Of a stretch of 64,000 nt of DNA, positions 9,812-19,749 are shown in pieces. The stretch is taken from the NCBI GenBank assembly GCA_963735035.1, contig CAVTJJ010000003.1:832001-896000 (forward strand), given 5' to 3'. The stretch is from an uncultured candidate division Zixibacteria bacterium. GTDB taxonomy: Bacteria > Zixibacteria > MSB-5A5 > GN15 > FEB-12. Below the pieces are notes generated by a model. The model was not told the origin of the DNA and searched no databases. It saw nothing but the letters and a program-made list of their open reading frames with translations. The first letter of the stretch is position 1, and every line of letters starts with the position of its first letter. Both the position numbers and the translations under genes were made by a program.

Positions 9812-11764
9812 TTATTGCACTGTCCGATTGACAAGTGTTGTTAGTCGCAGCGACGCTTTCAGGCTCTTGTTCATGCGGCGCGCCTCATCGTACTGTTCAG
9901 GTGGGATTTCACCGCCGAAATATATCGTTCGCGAAATCAAGTGCAATCCGTTGTCGTGGGTCACGTCGCAGCTCAGCGAAGCCAATTTGCAGGAATCAGA
10001 AATGTGCCGCGGATCTCCGACTGGAGTCCAAGATGGAGGAAGACGCCATTCGATGTCAGTCGTGATGTCGGCGGGGGTACCGAAAGTAATCGGGTACACC
10101 CGCTCTGGGCTCGACAGATCGTCTACGTGGCCGTAATGAAAGAAATCCGTGGTGAGAAGACAGGATGTCCCCGACAGAGTCGCCGCATGCGAGGCCGAAA
10201 GCACGAATGAGAGCCACGAAGAATCACTATCTGCGCCGAATGAACAGTCGGTCAGTATCGGGTTTTCCACTACCTGAGCGAAACGCTTTTGCCAAGCACC
10301 TGCCATCTCTCGGCCTGATAACAATTCCTGAATGTGCCCGTCCTGTGCCCCCCAGATTCCGTATGTGACTATACTTACTTCGGCGCACATGCTGAGATCA
10401 GTGGATAATTCGGCGACGGCGCGAAAACGGCATTTACGATCTGCCGGTGTGAGAGCCGGCAACTGCGTCAGGGCAGTGTCACCAGGCGACAACTTCAAAA
10501 CGTACGAGCCACGTAGCGTGGCACTCAGGCTACCCAGAGGTATGGCGTCGTTGGTCGGATCGAAGTAGAGCCAGCCGCCGACAGTGGCATTCGGAAATTG
10601 TGGCAGATCTGGCAAGTGTTTAACGGGAATAGCGACGATAATATGATCGAATTGAAACGGACACGGAAAGTCTGGCTCAACTCCACCGCTGATTCTCGCG
10701 GCGACCGCCTCGGAGGGAATACCCACCAAAGCCAGCATAGCCCTCATGAGAGTTGCTTTATCTTTGCAATCTCCGAACTTGTTCTTCAGAGTGAGGCCAG
10801 CCTTCCGGGGTTGGAAGCGATGGTCCCCGGCCCAAACAGCAATGTATTTGATCTCTTCCTGGACCCACTTGGCGATAGCGTTCAGTTTCTCGGTAGGAGA
10901 GTTCACCCCGCCGCACAGTCGTTCAACCGTCTTTACCAAGGGGACGGTGTCAGCACATGCGGCATCATACAAAGCGCGCTGCCAGGTCACTGCTGTGTTC
11001 CAATCGGCGAAGCCACGCACCTTCCGGCTGCGGTCATCAAAGCATCCTAGCGACACCCGCCGAACCAATTGCGACCAAGGTGGCATGTACGGCTCGGTCG
11101 GGCGATAGTCTAAATTCTCGGCTGTCCAAATGTGTTTATCTCCCTCGCTGGTGTAAGTGACCGGTTCAGCCTGCTGCTCGAATGTCAGAAGTTTCCAATC
11201 AGGCGGTATCTCTACCTCAAATCGCGCGCTAACTACTGGCTGGTTTAGCTGAAATTGAAAATCGGTATAGTAACTGGTAAACGGGTCGTCGTCCTTCACG
11301 GTGTATTCGTACGCGATAATGTCCCCCGGGGAAACATCCTTGAACGACGCCACGAGCGACAGAACATCATCGTAGATGTCAGTCCTTTGATTGAGGTCGC
11401 GCTTCATGACGCACTCCCTGGGGAGCTCCATCGCGCTTCCGTCCGGCCTCAGCTTCCAGCCCTTAAGATTCTTTACCTTGCGAGTGGTGGTCAACGGTTC
11501 AACCAGAATAGCCAGACCTGCGCCCAGTGTGTCTAGAACCCGAGCAGCCCGGCGAACCTCAAGAACCAGATCTCCTTTCTTACCGATCTTTCCCACCACG
11601 GAGTCAAGCAATATGAGCAATGAAGCATCCTTGTGAGGGGTCACCGATGCACCACGCTTGGCCGCCTCTAGCACCCAACTGGGTTGGGCTAGACCGGACC
11701 CGTACAAAGCCGGCACAATAATCAGCAGGGTAACCCAGAATGCCATGCGACGGCGGCATTTCAT
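9812..11764 (-). CDS. Secreted DUF3857 + transglutaminase-like domain protein
   Basis: Signal peptide; GDCKDKA, FDHII and FDPT (Cys-His-Asp triad). Confidence 0.85.
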   Translation of the reverse strand: MKCRRRMAFWVTLLIIVPALYGSGLAQPSWVLEAAKRGASVTPHKDASLLILLDSVVGKIGKKGDLVLEVRRAARVLDTLGAGLAILVEPLTTTRKVKNLKGWKLRPDGSAMELPRECVMKRDLNQRTDIYDDVLSLVASFKDVSPGDIIAYEYTVKDDDPFTSYYTDFQFQLNQPVVSARFEVEIPPDWKLLTFEQQAEPVTYTSEGDKHIWTAENLDYRPTEPYMPPWSQLVRRVSLGCFDDRSRKVRGFADWNTAVTWQRALYDAACADTVPLVKTVERLCGGVNSPTEKLNAIAKWVQEEIKYIAVWAGDHRFQPRKAGLTLKNKFGDCKDKATLMRAMLALVGIPSEAVAARISGGVEPDFPCPFQFDHIIVAIPVKHLPDLPQFPNATVGGWLYFDPTNDAIPLGSLSATLRGSYVLKLSPGDTALTQLPALTPADRKCRFRAVAELSTDLSMCAEVSIVTYGIWGAQDGHIQELLSGREMAGAWQKRFAQVVENPILTDCSFGADSDSSWLSFVLSASHAATLSGTSCLLTTDFFHYGHVDDLSSPERVYPITFGTPADITTDIEWRLPPSWTPVGDPRHISDSCKLASLSCDVTHDNGLHLISRTIYFGGEIPPEQYDEARRMNKSLKASLRLTTLVNRTVQ

Positions 11765-11899
11765 ATCAACCCTCCGAGAGCAGGCTTACGGGCACAGGTC
11801 GCCGGGTGTGACCCCGACAAATTCACCCAAAGCGATGGATAGACAACAACTTCCGGGCGACTTTTCATATGACCCCTTGCCTGCAGGTCCATAATGCCA

Positions 11900-11928
11900 A
11901 GTATATGAGTCCCTTACCCTCATGTCAA
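11900..11928 (-). promoter_or_regulatory. Sigma-70 promoter
   Basis: TTGACA-N17-TATACT on the minus strand upstream of the transglutaminase gene. Confidence 0.7.
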
Positions 11929-12070
11929 TAAACTACTCGCACCCATCATTACCCGATCGGATGCTTTCTCTCTGGCTTATATTATTCGGCCTGAATATGT
12001 TAACCTACATGACGGGCATCGCATGGCTTAGCCGACGGAGATGATCTGAAGGTTGTCAGGATGGATGTGT

Positions 12071-12745
12071 ATGACCGACCAATACTATTCCCAAAAGCTC
12101 GCCGCCGACCGCTTGAAGCGCGTCTACGATCTCGCGCCGCCGCGCATCCAACAGTACCTCCAATCGGAAATAGCGTATGTGCTCGAACTGATGCCCGCGA
12201 ATGCCACGGTGCTCGAGTTGGGCTGCGGCTACGGTCGGGTGCTGAAAGTTCTGGCCGAGAGAGCAGGACAGTTGATCGGAATCGACACGTCAATGGCCAG
12301 CGTGGAACTGGCGAAGAGCTACTGCGGCGACCAACCCAACTTACACCTCGCGCGCATGGACGCCTCCCGGCTGGCCTTTCGCGATGACACCTTTGATGTG
12401 GTGGTATGCATCCAAAATGGCATTTCCGCTTTTCATGTGGATCAGAGGAAATTGATCCACGAAGCTTTGCGGGTCGTACGACCGGGTGGGCTGGCTCTAT
12501 TCACCAGCTATGCAGAGAAGTTTTGGGATGTTCGGCTGAATTGGTTTGAAAGACAGTCTCAACTCGGCTTGGTCGGTGAAATCGACTATGCGAAGACCGG
12601 CGACGGTGTCATCGTGTGCAAAGACGGCTTCACCGCAATGACTGTCAACGCTGAAGCCTTTCGCACTTTAACTGCGGACTTGATCGCCGACGTAGAAATT
12701 GTCGAAATCGATGAGTCCAGCCTGTTCTGCGTGATCCGATTGTAG
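12071..12745 (+). CDS. Class I SAM-dependent methyltransferase
   Basis: VLELGCGYG, GID, MDA, FDVVV, LRVVRPGG. Confidence 0.9.
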   Translation: MTDQYYSQKLAADRLKRVYDLAPPRIQQYLQSEIAYVLELMPANATVLELGCGYGRVLKVLAERAGQLIGIDTSMASVELAKSYCGDQPNLHLARMDASRLAFRDDTFDVVVCIQNGISAFHVDQRKLIHEALRVVRPGGLALFTSYAEKFWDVRLNWFERQSQLGLVGEIDYAKTGDGVIVCKDGFTAMTVNAEAFRTLTADLIADVEIVEIDESSLFCVIRL

Positions 12746-12777
12746 AAGTGACTGCTGAGAACACGAAAGTGGAGTTG

Positions 12778-12821
12778 CGGTAGGTCTTGCGCCCCGCCTA
12801 AGCGGGGCGTGTGACCTACCG
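12778..12821. repeat. Branched GTAG palindrome between convergent genes
   Basis: CGGTAGGTC...GACCTACCG with internal CGCCCCGC-loop-GCGGGGCG; same family as 1381-1430. Confidence 0.7.
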
Positions 12822-12844
12822 AGTATCGTCTTTTTAGTGTGCGC

Positions 12845-13162
12845 TTACACACACCCAGTCGGTTTGGCGAGACCGGCAACCTTACAGGCTCCCTTGGCCG
12901 GACCGGACGGAAACAATTCGTATATTCGACCCAGTGAAATGCCCGTGTCCTTGCAGAGTTTCCGCACCATCGGGGCGGTACCGAACTTGACGTAATAGTC
13001 ACGAAGGTAGTTCACCAGCTTCCAGTGTTCCTCGCTCATCTCAGTAACGCCTTCAGTGGTGGCCAACGCGCGGGCAATGGCATCGTTCCACTGCGACGGA
13101 TCATTCATGAAGCCGTCGTCGTCAATCTCAATCTTGATATCATCATGTTCGAAAGTAGGCAT
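12845..13162 (-). CDS. DsrC/TusE/DsvC family sulfur relay protein with both C-terminal cysteines
   Basis: DDDGF..W, EEHWKLVNYLRDYY, LFPSGPAKGACKVAGLAKPTGCV (C-x10-C). Confidence 0.92.
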   Translation of the reverse strand: MPTFEHDDIKIEIDDDGFMNDPSQWNDAIARALATTEGVTEMSEEHWKLVNYLRDYYVKFGTAPMVRKLCKDTGISLGRIYELFPSGPAKGACKVAGLAKPTGCV

Positions 13163-13417
13163 CTGTTCTCCTGAACCGGTTTATGCAGTCGTCTGATTCT
13201 CGTAGGAACCGACTGACCTGGCGAAGATGCACTAAAAGAGCGGACGACTCAACGGAAAAATGATAATCGGCAGACACGCGAGTAACTGCACATATCCACT
13301 TACTACACAAGGAATTGTATTTATACACGAAGGCCCCCCCGAATCCAGAGGAGCCTTCAAATGTGTCAGCAACCCGGGCTAAACTGCCGGGTGCTGCGTC
13401 TGCAAAGATGGACCCGC

Positions 13418-15700
13418 TTACTTCAATAGAATCATCTTCTTGGAATCAGTGAACTGGTCGGTCTGCAGACGATAGAAATAGACGCCGCTCGCCAGGTCTT
13501 CCCCATTCCAGGTCTCACGATAGAAACCGGCTTCACGCCAGCCGTTCACGAGAGTAGCCACCTTTTGGCCGGTGATGTTGTAAATGGTGATTTCAACATT
13601 GCTCCCTTCGGGTAGCGCATACCAGAACTCGGTGGTGGGGTTGAACGGGTTTGGATAGTTCTGCACCAGAGCATAATCGGTCGGCAGACCGTCCGTACCT
13701 GCGACCAGGTCGTTCTGCGGAAGGCCTGATACCCACCAGCTCGAGACTACGTTGCCACCGATGGCAACCTTATGCTGATTGACCAGATTCGGGTCTTTCA
13801 TGAAGTAGTATCCGGCGCTGTCGCACACGAAGCTGACACTTGATGCTCTGGTCTCCCAGTGGCCGCCCGGTCCCGGCTGCGAAAGGCTCATCTGGGTCTG
13901 ACCCCAGTAACAGTAAGTGATGGTAGCGAATTTGACCCGGGTGTTGCCGGCCGGCTGGGTGTTCCATCCGACGCCGGACTTCAGGACGACCCACTTATGG
14001 CTGGCTCCATCAAAGCTGTCAATTTCCACCCCCGCCTCCGGCACCACGTTGTAGATGTTGTGAGCGCCGGTGACTACGATCTTCACCTTGAAATCATCAA
14101 GATCGAAACTGCTCCGGGTGAAATATTCCTGCGAAATCAGCCCGGAACCGGACGAAACCGACGGGCAGAAGTATTCGCCCATGAGATATTCGACTTGAGG
14201 ACTGTCCCAAGTATAGTTGCCGGCGGCGTGGGTCAGCACGGCCGCCCCGGTCGTATCCGTCACAAGCGCATTGTAAGTCGGGTCGGAATCAAACGGGGTC
14301 TGATAGGTGATAGGGTAGAACCGATTATCGAAATTTGTGGGCGGTACGAAACCAGCCACAGTTTGGATGTTGAAAGAAACCATGTTCTCAGGAGTTCCCA
14401 GCCCCGGCAGGAAGCCGGAGTTGGGCTCAGCCCATATCGATACTTCCTGACCATTCGCTCCGTCGTATGTCCAGGCGCCGAAGTTTATGGCTTCATAAGT
14501 CAGCTGACCCGTCTTCTCCAGGCTTGGACCCAGGCACACATTCGTGATGATCGACTTCCAGCCTCTGCCGGCCGGGAAGTTGTTGTTCATCTTGATCATC
14601 ATCGAGACCTGATTGTCGGTCAACCCGATCTTGCCGCCATCGGTGAACTCGGTAGTCACAGCAGCCAAGTACGCGGGAATGCTGATAGTGCAGGGGTACT
14701 TTGCCCAATAACCGAAGGGAATGCCGCAAGTCCCGGCATCCTGGGCTATCACGAATCCCATGGGATTTACCGACTCAACGTCCGTACTTCCACCCTGCCA
14801 ATTCCCGATGACCCGGAACCTCAGGTTCGCCATTACGTCGCCGTGAAATTCGTGTCTTGGGACAATCGATTCATTGGTATTGAGCTGTATGCCTACTCGG
14901 CCCGATACAGAGGAGTCAACGATCGATGAGGTAATGCTCCCTTCCAGAGCGCTCAGGCCGACAAAACGAAGCTTCGTGTTGTCATAGGTGAACGTCAGGT
15001 TGGCCTGTGCCATCCTGAATTCCCCACCCATGTAGATCGGCACCTCAATCACGGTACCAAGCGCTCCGGGCACTTCCATGTGCATGAAAGTGTCGCCCAG
15101 CCAGACGGTCCAGGTTGGCTGCCACGGACGGAAGTGGCCGTCAAAGATTCGATTGGTCCGGGTATTCACGATATGCCTGTCGATGCCGTCATCGACCCAG
15201 GTCCCATTGGCGCCATAAAGTACAGAAATCGGACTATTGATTGGCGAGGTCTGACACTCTGCCCGGAAATCAAACTCGGCCAGAACGGTCGGTGTCGCGG
15301 AGTTCGGTATGCCAGATGTACCCGGATCCGGGTCAATGTCAAATATCACAGTGGTGGGATTGCCGGGTATGACCGTGAGATACGGCTGTACCGTACCCCA
15401 TTCCGGTACGGCGCGTGCGGCGGTCAATGTAACACGGGTGGGATCGTAAGTGAACTTGATCGACGCCCCCTGCAAATAGCCGCTCCGTACTTGATCGAAC
15501 GCAAACTTGAAATAGACTGTCCCCGTCTCTCTGACAGGCTGATCCGTAGTGTGATAGGTGTAGGCTGCAGTGTCCGTCATGTAGAATTTGACACTATCGG
15601 TCTTTATGGCTTCCACGCCGGCGATCGCTGTGCTTGCCATCCAAAGCAAGCCCAGACACACCGCAACCAGACCGACAACACGTGGTAGTGAACGATGCAT
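13418..15700 (-). CDS. Secreted protein with cohesin-like beta-sandwich repeats and a T9SS-A/FlgD-like C-terminal domain
   Basis: Signal peptide; FTYDPTRV and FTYDNTKL cohesin-like motifs; LVQNYPNPFNPTT...LASGVYFYRL...KKMILLK; GGAGG RBS before ATG 15700. Confidence 0.82.
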   Translation of the reverse strand: MHRSLPRVVGLVAVCLGLLWMASTAIAGVEAIKTDSVKFYMTDTAAYTYHTTDQPVRETGTVYFKFAFDQVRSGYLQGASIKFTYDPTRVTLTAARAVPEWGTVQPYLTVIPGNPTTVIFDIDPDPGTSGIPNSATPTVLAEFDFRAECQTSPINSPISVLYGANGTWVDDGIDRHIVNTRTNRIFDGHFRPWQPTWTVWLGDTFMHMEVPGALGTVIEVPIYMGGEFRMAQANLTFTYDNTKLRFVGLSALEGSITSSIVDSSVSGRVGIQLNTNESIVPRHEFHGDVMANLRFRVIGNWQGGSTDVESVNPMGFVIAQDAGTCGIPFGYWAKYPCTISIPAYLAAVTTEFTDGGKIGLTDNQVSMMIKMNNNFPAGRGWKSIITNVCLGPSLEKTGQLTYEAINFGAWTYDGANGQEVSIWAEPNSGFLPGLGTPENMVSFNIQTVAGFVPPTNFDNRFYPITYQTPFDSDPTYNALVTDTTGAAVLTHAAGNYTWDSPQVEYLMGEYFCPSVSSGSGLISQEYFTRSSFDLDDFKVKIVVTGAHNIYNVVPEAGVEIDSFDGASHKWVVLKSGVGWNTQPAGNTRVKFATITYCYWGQTQMSLSQPGPGGHWETRASSVSFVCDSAGYYFMKDPNLVNQHKVAIGGNVVSSWWVSGLPQNDLVAGTDGLPTDYALVQNYPNPFNPTTEFWYALPEGSNVEITIYNITGQKVATLVNGWREAGFYRETWNGEDLASGVYFYRLQTDQFTDSKKMILLK

Positions 15701-16185
15701 GTTTGCCTCCATTATGCAGTTGGTTTGTTCCCACAGGAATACAATTCAAGATTTCGCTGAGGCGTTCACGGCGGCGGACGCGCCGGCCCACCCGAAGGGG
15801 GAAATTTGTATAGCGCCCGGCCATAGGCCGGATACCAATGCATAACTTCCTTCCTCTCAGTCTACGAGTTATCACCCGGTAAGACAGAATAGAAAGTATT
15901 CAGCCCTTGGCGCGAACGGATTCAGCGAAACTGAGCCCGGAAGTCATTCTGACGCCGTGCGGCGTCACATCCCGATGAGGCTATCAAACAAATATCATAC
16001 CCGCATAAAGTATACGATGCCGCCATTCTCCATCCAAGCAAAAAATAACGGCATTTGTCAATTCTTGTCAGATCATGCGAAATGTCCAAGTCCCTGCTCA
16101 CAATTCCTTCTGGCTCCCAAACTCAAGTCACACAGTACTTTTCTCGATATTGACAAGACAACACTCTGATCGCTTCATTGCTGTC

Positions 16186-17031
16186 ATGATAATCAGACGC
16201 GCCCGACCGGATGATCTCGGGTTCTTCGTAGACTGTGTGACGCATGAAGGCTGGCTCAGTGAAACGCGGACTGTCTTCGATGCCTTCTTCGCACACTCGC
16301 CGGAGGGATGTTTCGTCGGTGAGATCAATAACCGCCCGGTCGGCATGTGTGTGGCGAGTTCATACGGCAATTGCGGCTTCATTGGAGAACTAATCGTCGT
16401 TCGCAATCAGCGTGGATGTGGACTGGGCACACAGTTCATGAAGCACGCCATCGCATGGCTGCAAGCCGAAGGATGCCAGAGCATCTATCTCGATGGCGAT
16501 ATCCCAGCGGTGCCAATCTATGAAAGATTGGGATTCCGCGCGATCACACAGTCACTGCGGTTTCTCGGACATGTCGAATATTTCAAGAGCGATAGCATCA
16601 CACCGATTTGCGACAATGTCCTTCCGACCCTTCTGACTGCTGACCGACTTGCTTTCGCGGCCAATCGCAGCTTCTTCTTGAAGCGCCGCCTCGAAACATT
16701 CCCTCAACTATGCCTGGTGGAGATGAAGAACGAATTGTTGGTCGGCTATATCATGGGTCAGCCCGGGCACGGCGTTGTGTCCGTTGGCCCCTGGCTGGTC
16801 ACAGATTCATCTCCCGATCCGCTTGGTTTACTTCGCGCTCTCGCCGAGGCGTGTGGCAATCAGAGACTGCGTATAGGCGTGCTCGAATCCAATCGGGCTG
16901 CGACCGCTCTTTTGCGGTCTCAGTCAGCCCTCACTGAAACTGAACCAAGTATTAGGATGGTTCTCGGTCCCGATTGCGGTCTAGGGGCATCAGCCCAGCT
17001 ATACGCGATCGGAGCACCGTCAAAAGGCTGA
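16186..17031 (+). CDS. GNAT family N-acetyltransferase (YitH-like, tandem domain)
   Basis: LIVVRNQRGCGLG and YERLGF motifs; start chosen at MIIRRAR. Confidence 0.85.
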   Translation: MIIRRARPDDLGFFVDCVTHEGWLSETRTVFDAFFAHSPEGCFVGEINNRPVGMCVASSYGNCGFIGELIVVRNQRGCGLGTQFMKHAIAWLQAEGCQSIYLDGDIPAVPIYERLGFRAITQSLRFLGHVEYFKSDSITPICDNVLPTLLTADRLAFAANRSFFLKRRLETFPQLCLVEMKNELLVGYIMGQPGHGVVSVGPWLVTDSSPDPLGLLRALAEACGNQRLRIGVLESNRAATALLRSQSALTETEPSIRMVLGPDCGLGASAQLYAIGAPSKG

Positions 17032-17040
17032 CCGCCTCGG

Positions 17041-17343
17041 TTACTGCTCGCCTGAAAAGAGGGCCAACCGATAGCGGTGCAATTCAGCTTTGAACACTCC
17101 CGCTTTGACCGCGGGGTCTTCACGGACAATTTTCTCTGCCGCAACGATATCCGCCGCCCGAAATACCGCCAACCCCATGCTGCCTTCTTCGGTGCGTCCA
17201 GCCAGGAGCAGGATTCTCTCGGACAGAAGCCGTTTGAGATACTCGAGGTGCTCGCCTACCGCCGCCGATTCCTGTTCGGTAGCATCGTCGACAAAGTTTG
17301 AGCGTGGGGAGCGATAGATTATAAGATAGTGGTCCATAGACAA
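17041..17343 (-). CDS. YciI family protein
   Basis: HLEYLKRL, LAGR, EDPAVKAG. Confidence 0.85.
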   Translation of the reverse strand: MSMDHYLIIYRSPRSNFVDDATEQESAAVGEHLEYLKRLLSERILLLAGRTEEGSMGLAVFRAADIVAAEKIVREDPAVKAGVFKAELHRYRLALFSGEQ

Positions 17344-17445
17344 TTATACGAATCCACTGCCAATTAGGAAAACGAATCCGGTCGCTCCCCCGGAAACCTC
17401 TTGGGTCACCGCTTGTTATAGGGTGTGCCTGGAAGGAGTTAGTAT

Positions 17446-18144
17446 ATGATTACATTACGGCGCGCCGAAGAACGTGGCCACGCCCAGCACGGCTGGCTGG
17501 ACACTTACCATACCTTTTCTTTCAACACTTACTATGACAAGAAGTACATGGGTTTCCGCGCCCTTCGAGTCATCAACGACGATCGCGTACAGCCCGGACG
17601 CGGCTTCGGTTTCCATCCCCATCGCGACATGGAAATTATTACCTACGTCTTGAGCGGTGAACTCGAACACAAAGACAGTATGGGTAACGGTTCAATAATC
17701 AAGACTGGCGACTTTCAGTACATGAGCGCCGGTAACGGGGTCATGCACAGTGAATTTAATCCCTCAAAGACTGAGCCGGTGCATCTGCTCCAGATTTGGA
17801 TCGTTCCGAAGGTCAACGGCGGCGCCCCCCAGTATGCTCAGCGGTCATATCCAGAGAAAGATCGATTGGGCAAGTTCGTCCTGATAGCGTCACCGGACGG
17901 GCAGGCCGATTCCTTCATCATTAAGCAAGATGCCCGCCTTTACTCTGCGATTATTGACACGGCAGGTAAGATCACCACGCCGATCGTGCCAGATCGGTAC
18001 GCCTGGCTGCACGTCGCCACGGGCAGCATCGTATTTGATAAGGAGATTCTGCGCGCGGGCGACGGCGCCGCGATAAGTCGCGAAGCCACGCCGAACATTA
18101 CCGGGATTGAGCGAAGTGAACTGCTGCTGTTCGATCTGGCGTAG
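17446..18144 (+). CDS. Pirin family protein (YhhW-like)
   Basis: HGWLDTYHTFSF, HPHRDMEIITY, MSAGNGVMHSEFN, LLQIW. Confidence 0.95.
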   Translation: MITLRRAEERGHAQHGWLDTYHTFSFNTYYDKKYMGFRALRVINDDRVQPGRGFGFHPHRDMEIITYVLSGELEHKDSMGNGSIIKTGDFQYMSAGNGVMHSEFNPSKTEPVHLLQIWIVPKVNGGAPQYAQRSYPEKDRLGKFVLIASPDGQADSFIIKQDARLYSAIIDTAGKITTPIVPDRYAWLHVATGSIVFDKEILRAGDGAAISREATPNITGIERSELLLFDLA

Positions 18145-18317
18145 TACGCGAAGCAATTGGCATTAAGAATGGATTCACTACCGGGCCGCCTCCCAGCAGG
18201 TAATCACCTCATGTTTTGGCCAAGTAGCTATAGCCGGCCGACATCATTGGTATACTAGCGATCCCCAATCACAATTATGAGCACATGGCCCCCCTTTGAT
18301 TACGGACGTGCAACCGT

Positions 18318-19013
18318 CTAGAGTATCTGCCAACCGAAAATGTAAATGGCACTGAGATACAAGCCGACCAGAATAAACAGTGCACCAGTTGCAAGGCGCG
18401 CCAAACGCTCGATAGCCGAAAGCCGATTGAACAACGCCGCAACGTACCTGGCTCCGAAAGCAATGAGTACGGCAAAAGCAACCACTGGCAATGCCGTACC
18501 GACGCCAAATATCGTCGGTATCATGATCGGCGACTGCCTCTGTACGGCGAGCGGAATGAGGCTGCCGAAGAAGAGCGCTGCTGACACTGGACATAGTGAG
18601 AGTGCGAACAGCACCCCCAAGAGTCCCCCGCCCCACATGCCGGACGCCGCCACCCGTTCCTGGGTCTTCTGCCCGAGAGTCAACCCCGATGATTTCCATT
18701 TGAACAGGCCGAGCAGGACCAGGCCGGTCAATACGAGAAGCGGTCCGAGAAACTTGTTGAAGTTGTCCTGGAGAAAGAAGGAGAGGCTGGGGATCGCCAT
18801 TACACCACCCACCGCAAGCGCCGCAAGAGCCACATACACCAGACTGCGACCCAGGGTATAAAGCAGCCCCGTTGCCATTGCCCGGCTCGGTCGCCCCACC
18901 TGGCGGCCGATATATGTTATCGCGGCAATGTTGGTAGCAAGCGGGCAGGGCGAGATCGAAGTCAGGATGCCCAGCCAGAGAGCCGAACCTGCAGCAACAA
19001 ACCCGGTATCCAT
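18318..19013 (-). CDS. ArsG family / CcdA-like membrane protein
   Basis: WLGILTSISPCPLATNIAA and LCPVSAALFFG; about six TM helices. Confidence 0.82.
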   Translation of the reverse strand: MDTGFVAAGSALWLGILTSISPCPLATNIAAITYIGRQVGRPSRAMATGLLYTLGRSLVYVALAALAVGGVMAIPSLSFFLQDNFNKFLGPLLVLTGLVLLGLFKWKSSGLTLGQKTQERVAASGMWGGGLLGVLFALSLCPVSAALFFGSLIPLAVQRQSPIMIPTIFGVGTALPVVAFAVLIAFGARYVAALFNRLSAIERLARLATGALFILVGLYLSAIYIFGWQIL

Positions 19014-19504
19014 TACCGGACCGGAGCGGCTATGAATATCCGGGTCTGGTCCTGGACGTATTTCACGAACCGGCCTTTGTCACCGACCAACGTCCAGATG
19101 CTATCCAGATTAGTCCAGGCGATTTCTTTCCCGCTGCGCAGCCGCGATATAATCACCGCTTTGGTGAACAGCTTGTAGTCGGCGAGAAAATGCTTGTTCT
19201 CTTCCTTGTCCCAGTTCACCGTGCGCCAGACCAGAGAGCTGTCCTTCAATTCCTTCTCGAAACCGGTCTGCATAGCCTCGGCGGAGTAAGTCTCCAGCTT
19301 GTAGCAGGTCGCGCAACGGACGTTCCCGTGGAAATAGGAAGCTATGAAAACATCGGCCGATGCCGCGCTGTCAGACTTGGACGCTTCTGGAGCGGGCGCC
19401 TGTTGCGCCCTGACCAGCAACGCGACCGGATTTACAAGAATCATTATGACCGCCAACCAGATCGAACGTGACATCATGTACCTCATTGCCAAAGGCCCAA
19501 TCAT
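19013..19504 (-). CDS. ArsF family exported thioredoxin-fold protein
   Basis: Signal peptide; YFHGNVRCATC; the true start may be a few codons downstream. Confidence 0.78.
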   Translation of the reverse strand: MIGPLAMRYMMSRSIWLAVIMILVNPVALLVRAQQAPAPEASKSDSAASADVFIASYFHGNVRCATCYKLETYSAEAMQTGFEKELKDSSLVWRTVNWDKEENKHFLADYKLFTKAVIISRLRSGKEIAWTNLDSIWTLVGDKGRFVKYVQDQTRIFIAAPVR

Positions 19505-19738
19505 CTACATCAGCAACTTCTTCAAGTCGTCGAGCGATGGTACCTTGCCGGACACCTTCACCTGACCATCAACCAAAAGCGCCGGAGTCATCATGACCCC
19601 GTATTTCGTTATTTCCCGAATATCGGTCACTTTCTGAACCGTGCAATCCAATCCGAGTTCACGAGCTGCCCGCTGCGTCTGGCTCAGCAGTTCCTGACAC
19701 TTGGCGCAGCCGGGGCCGAGTACTTTCACATCTTTCAT
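19505..19738 (-). CDS. Small redox-active disulfide protein (thioredoxin family)
   Basis: VLGPGCAKC, YGVMMTPALLVDG. Confidence 0.92.
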   Translation of the reverse strand: MKDVKVLGPGCAKCQELLSQTQRAARELGLDCTVQKVTDIREITKYGVMMTPALLVDGQVKVSGKVPSLDDLKKLLM

Positions 19739-19749
19739 TCCGCGTTCTC

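Noticed and set aside
13859..14929. 356-aa plus-strand ORF
   Set aside because: Antisense to the well-supported secreted protein; no motifs.
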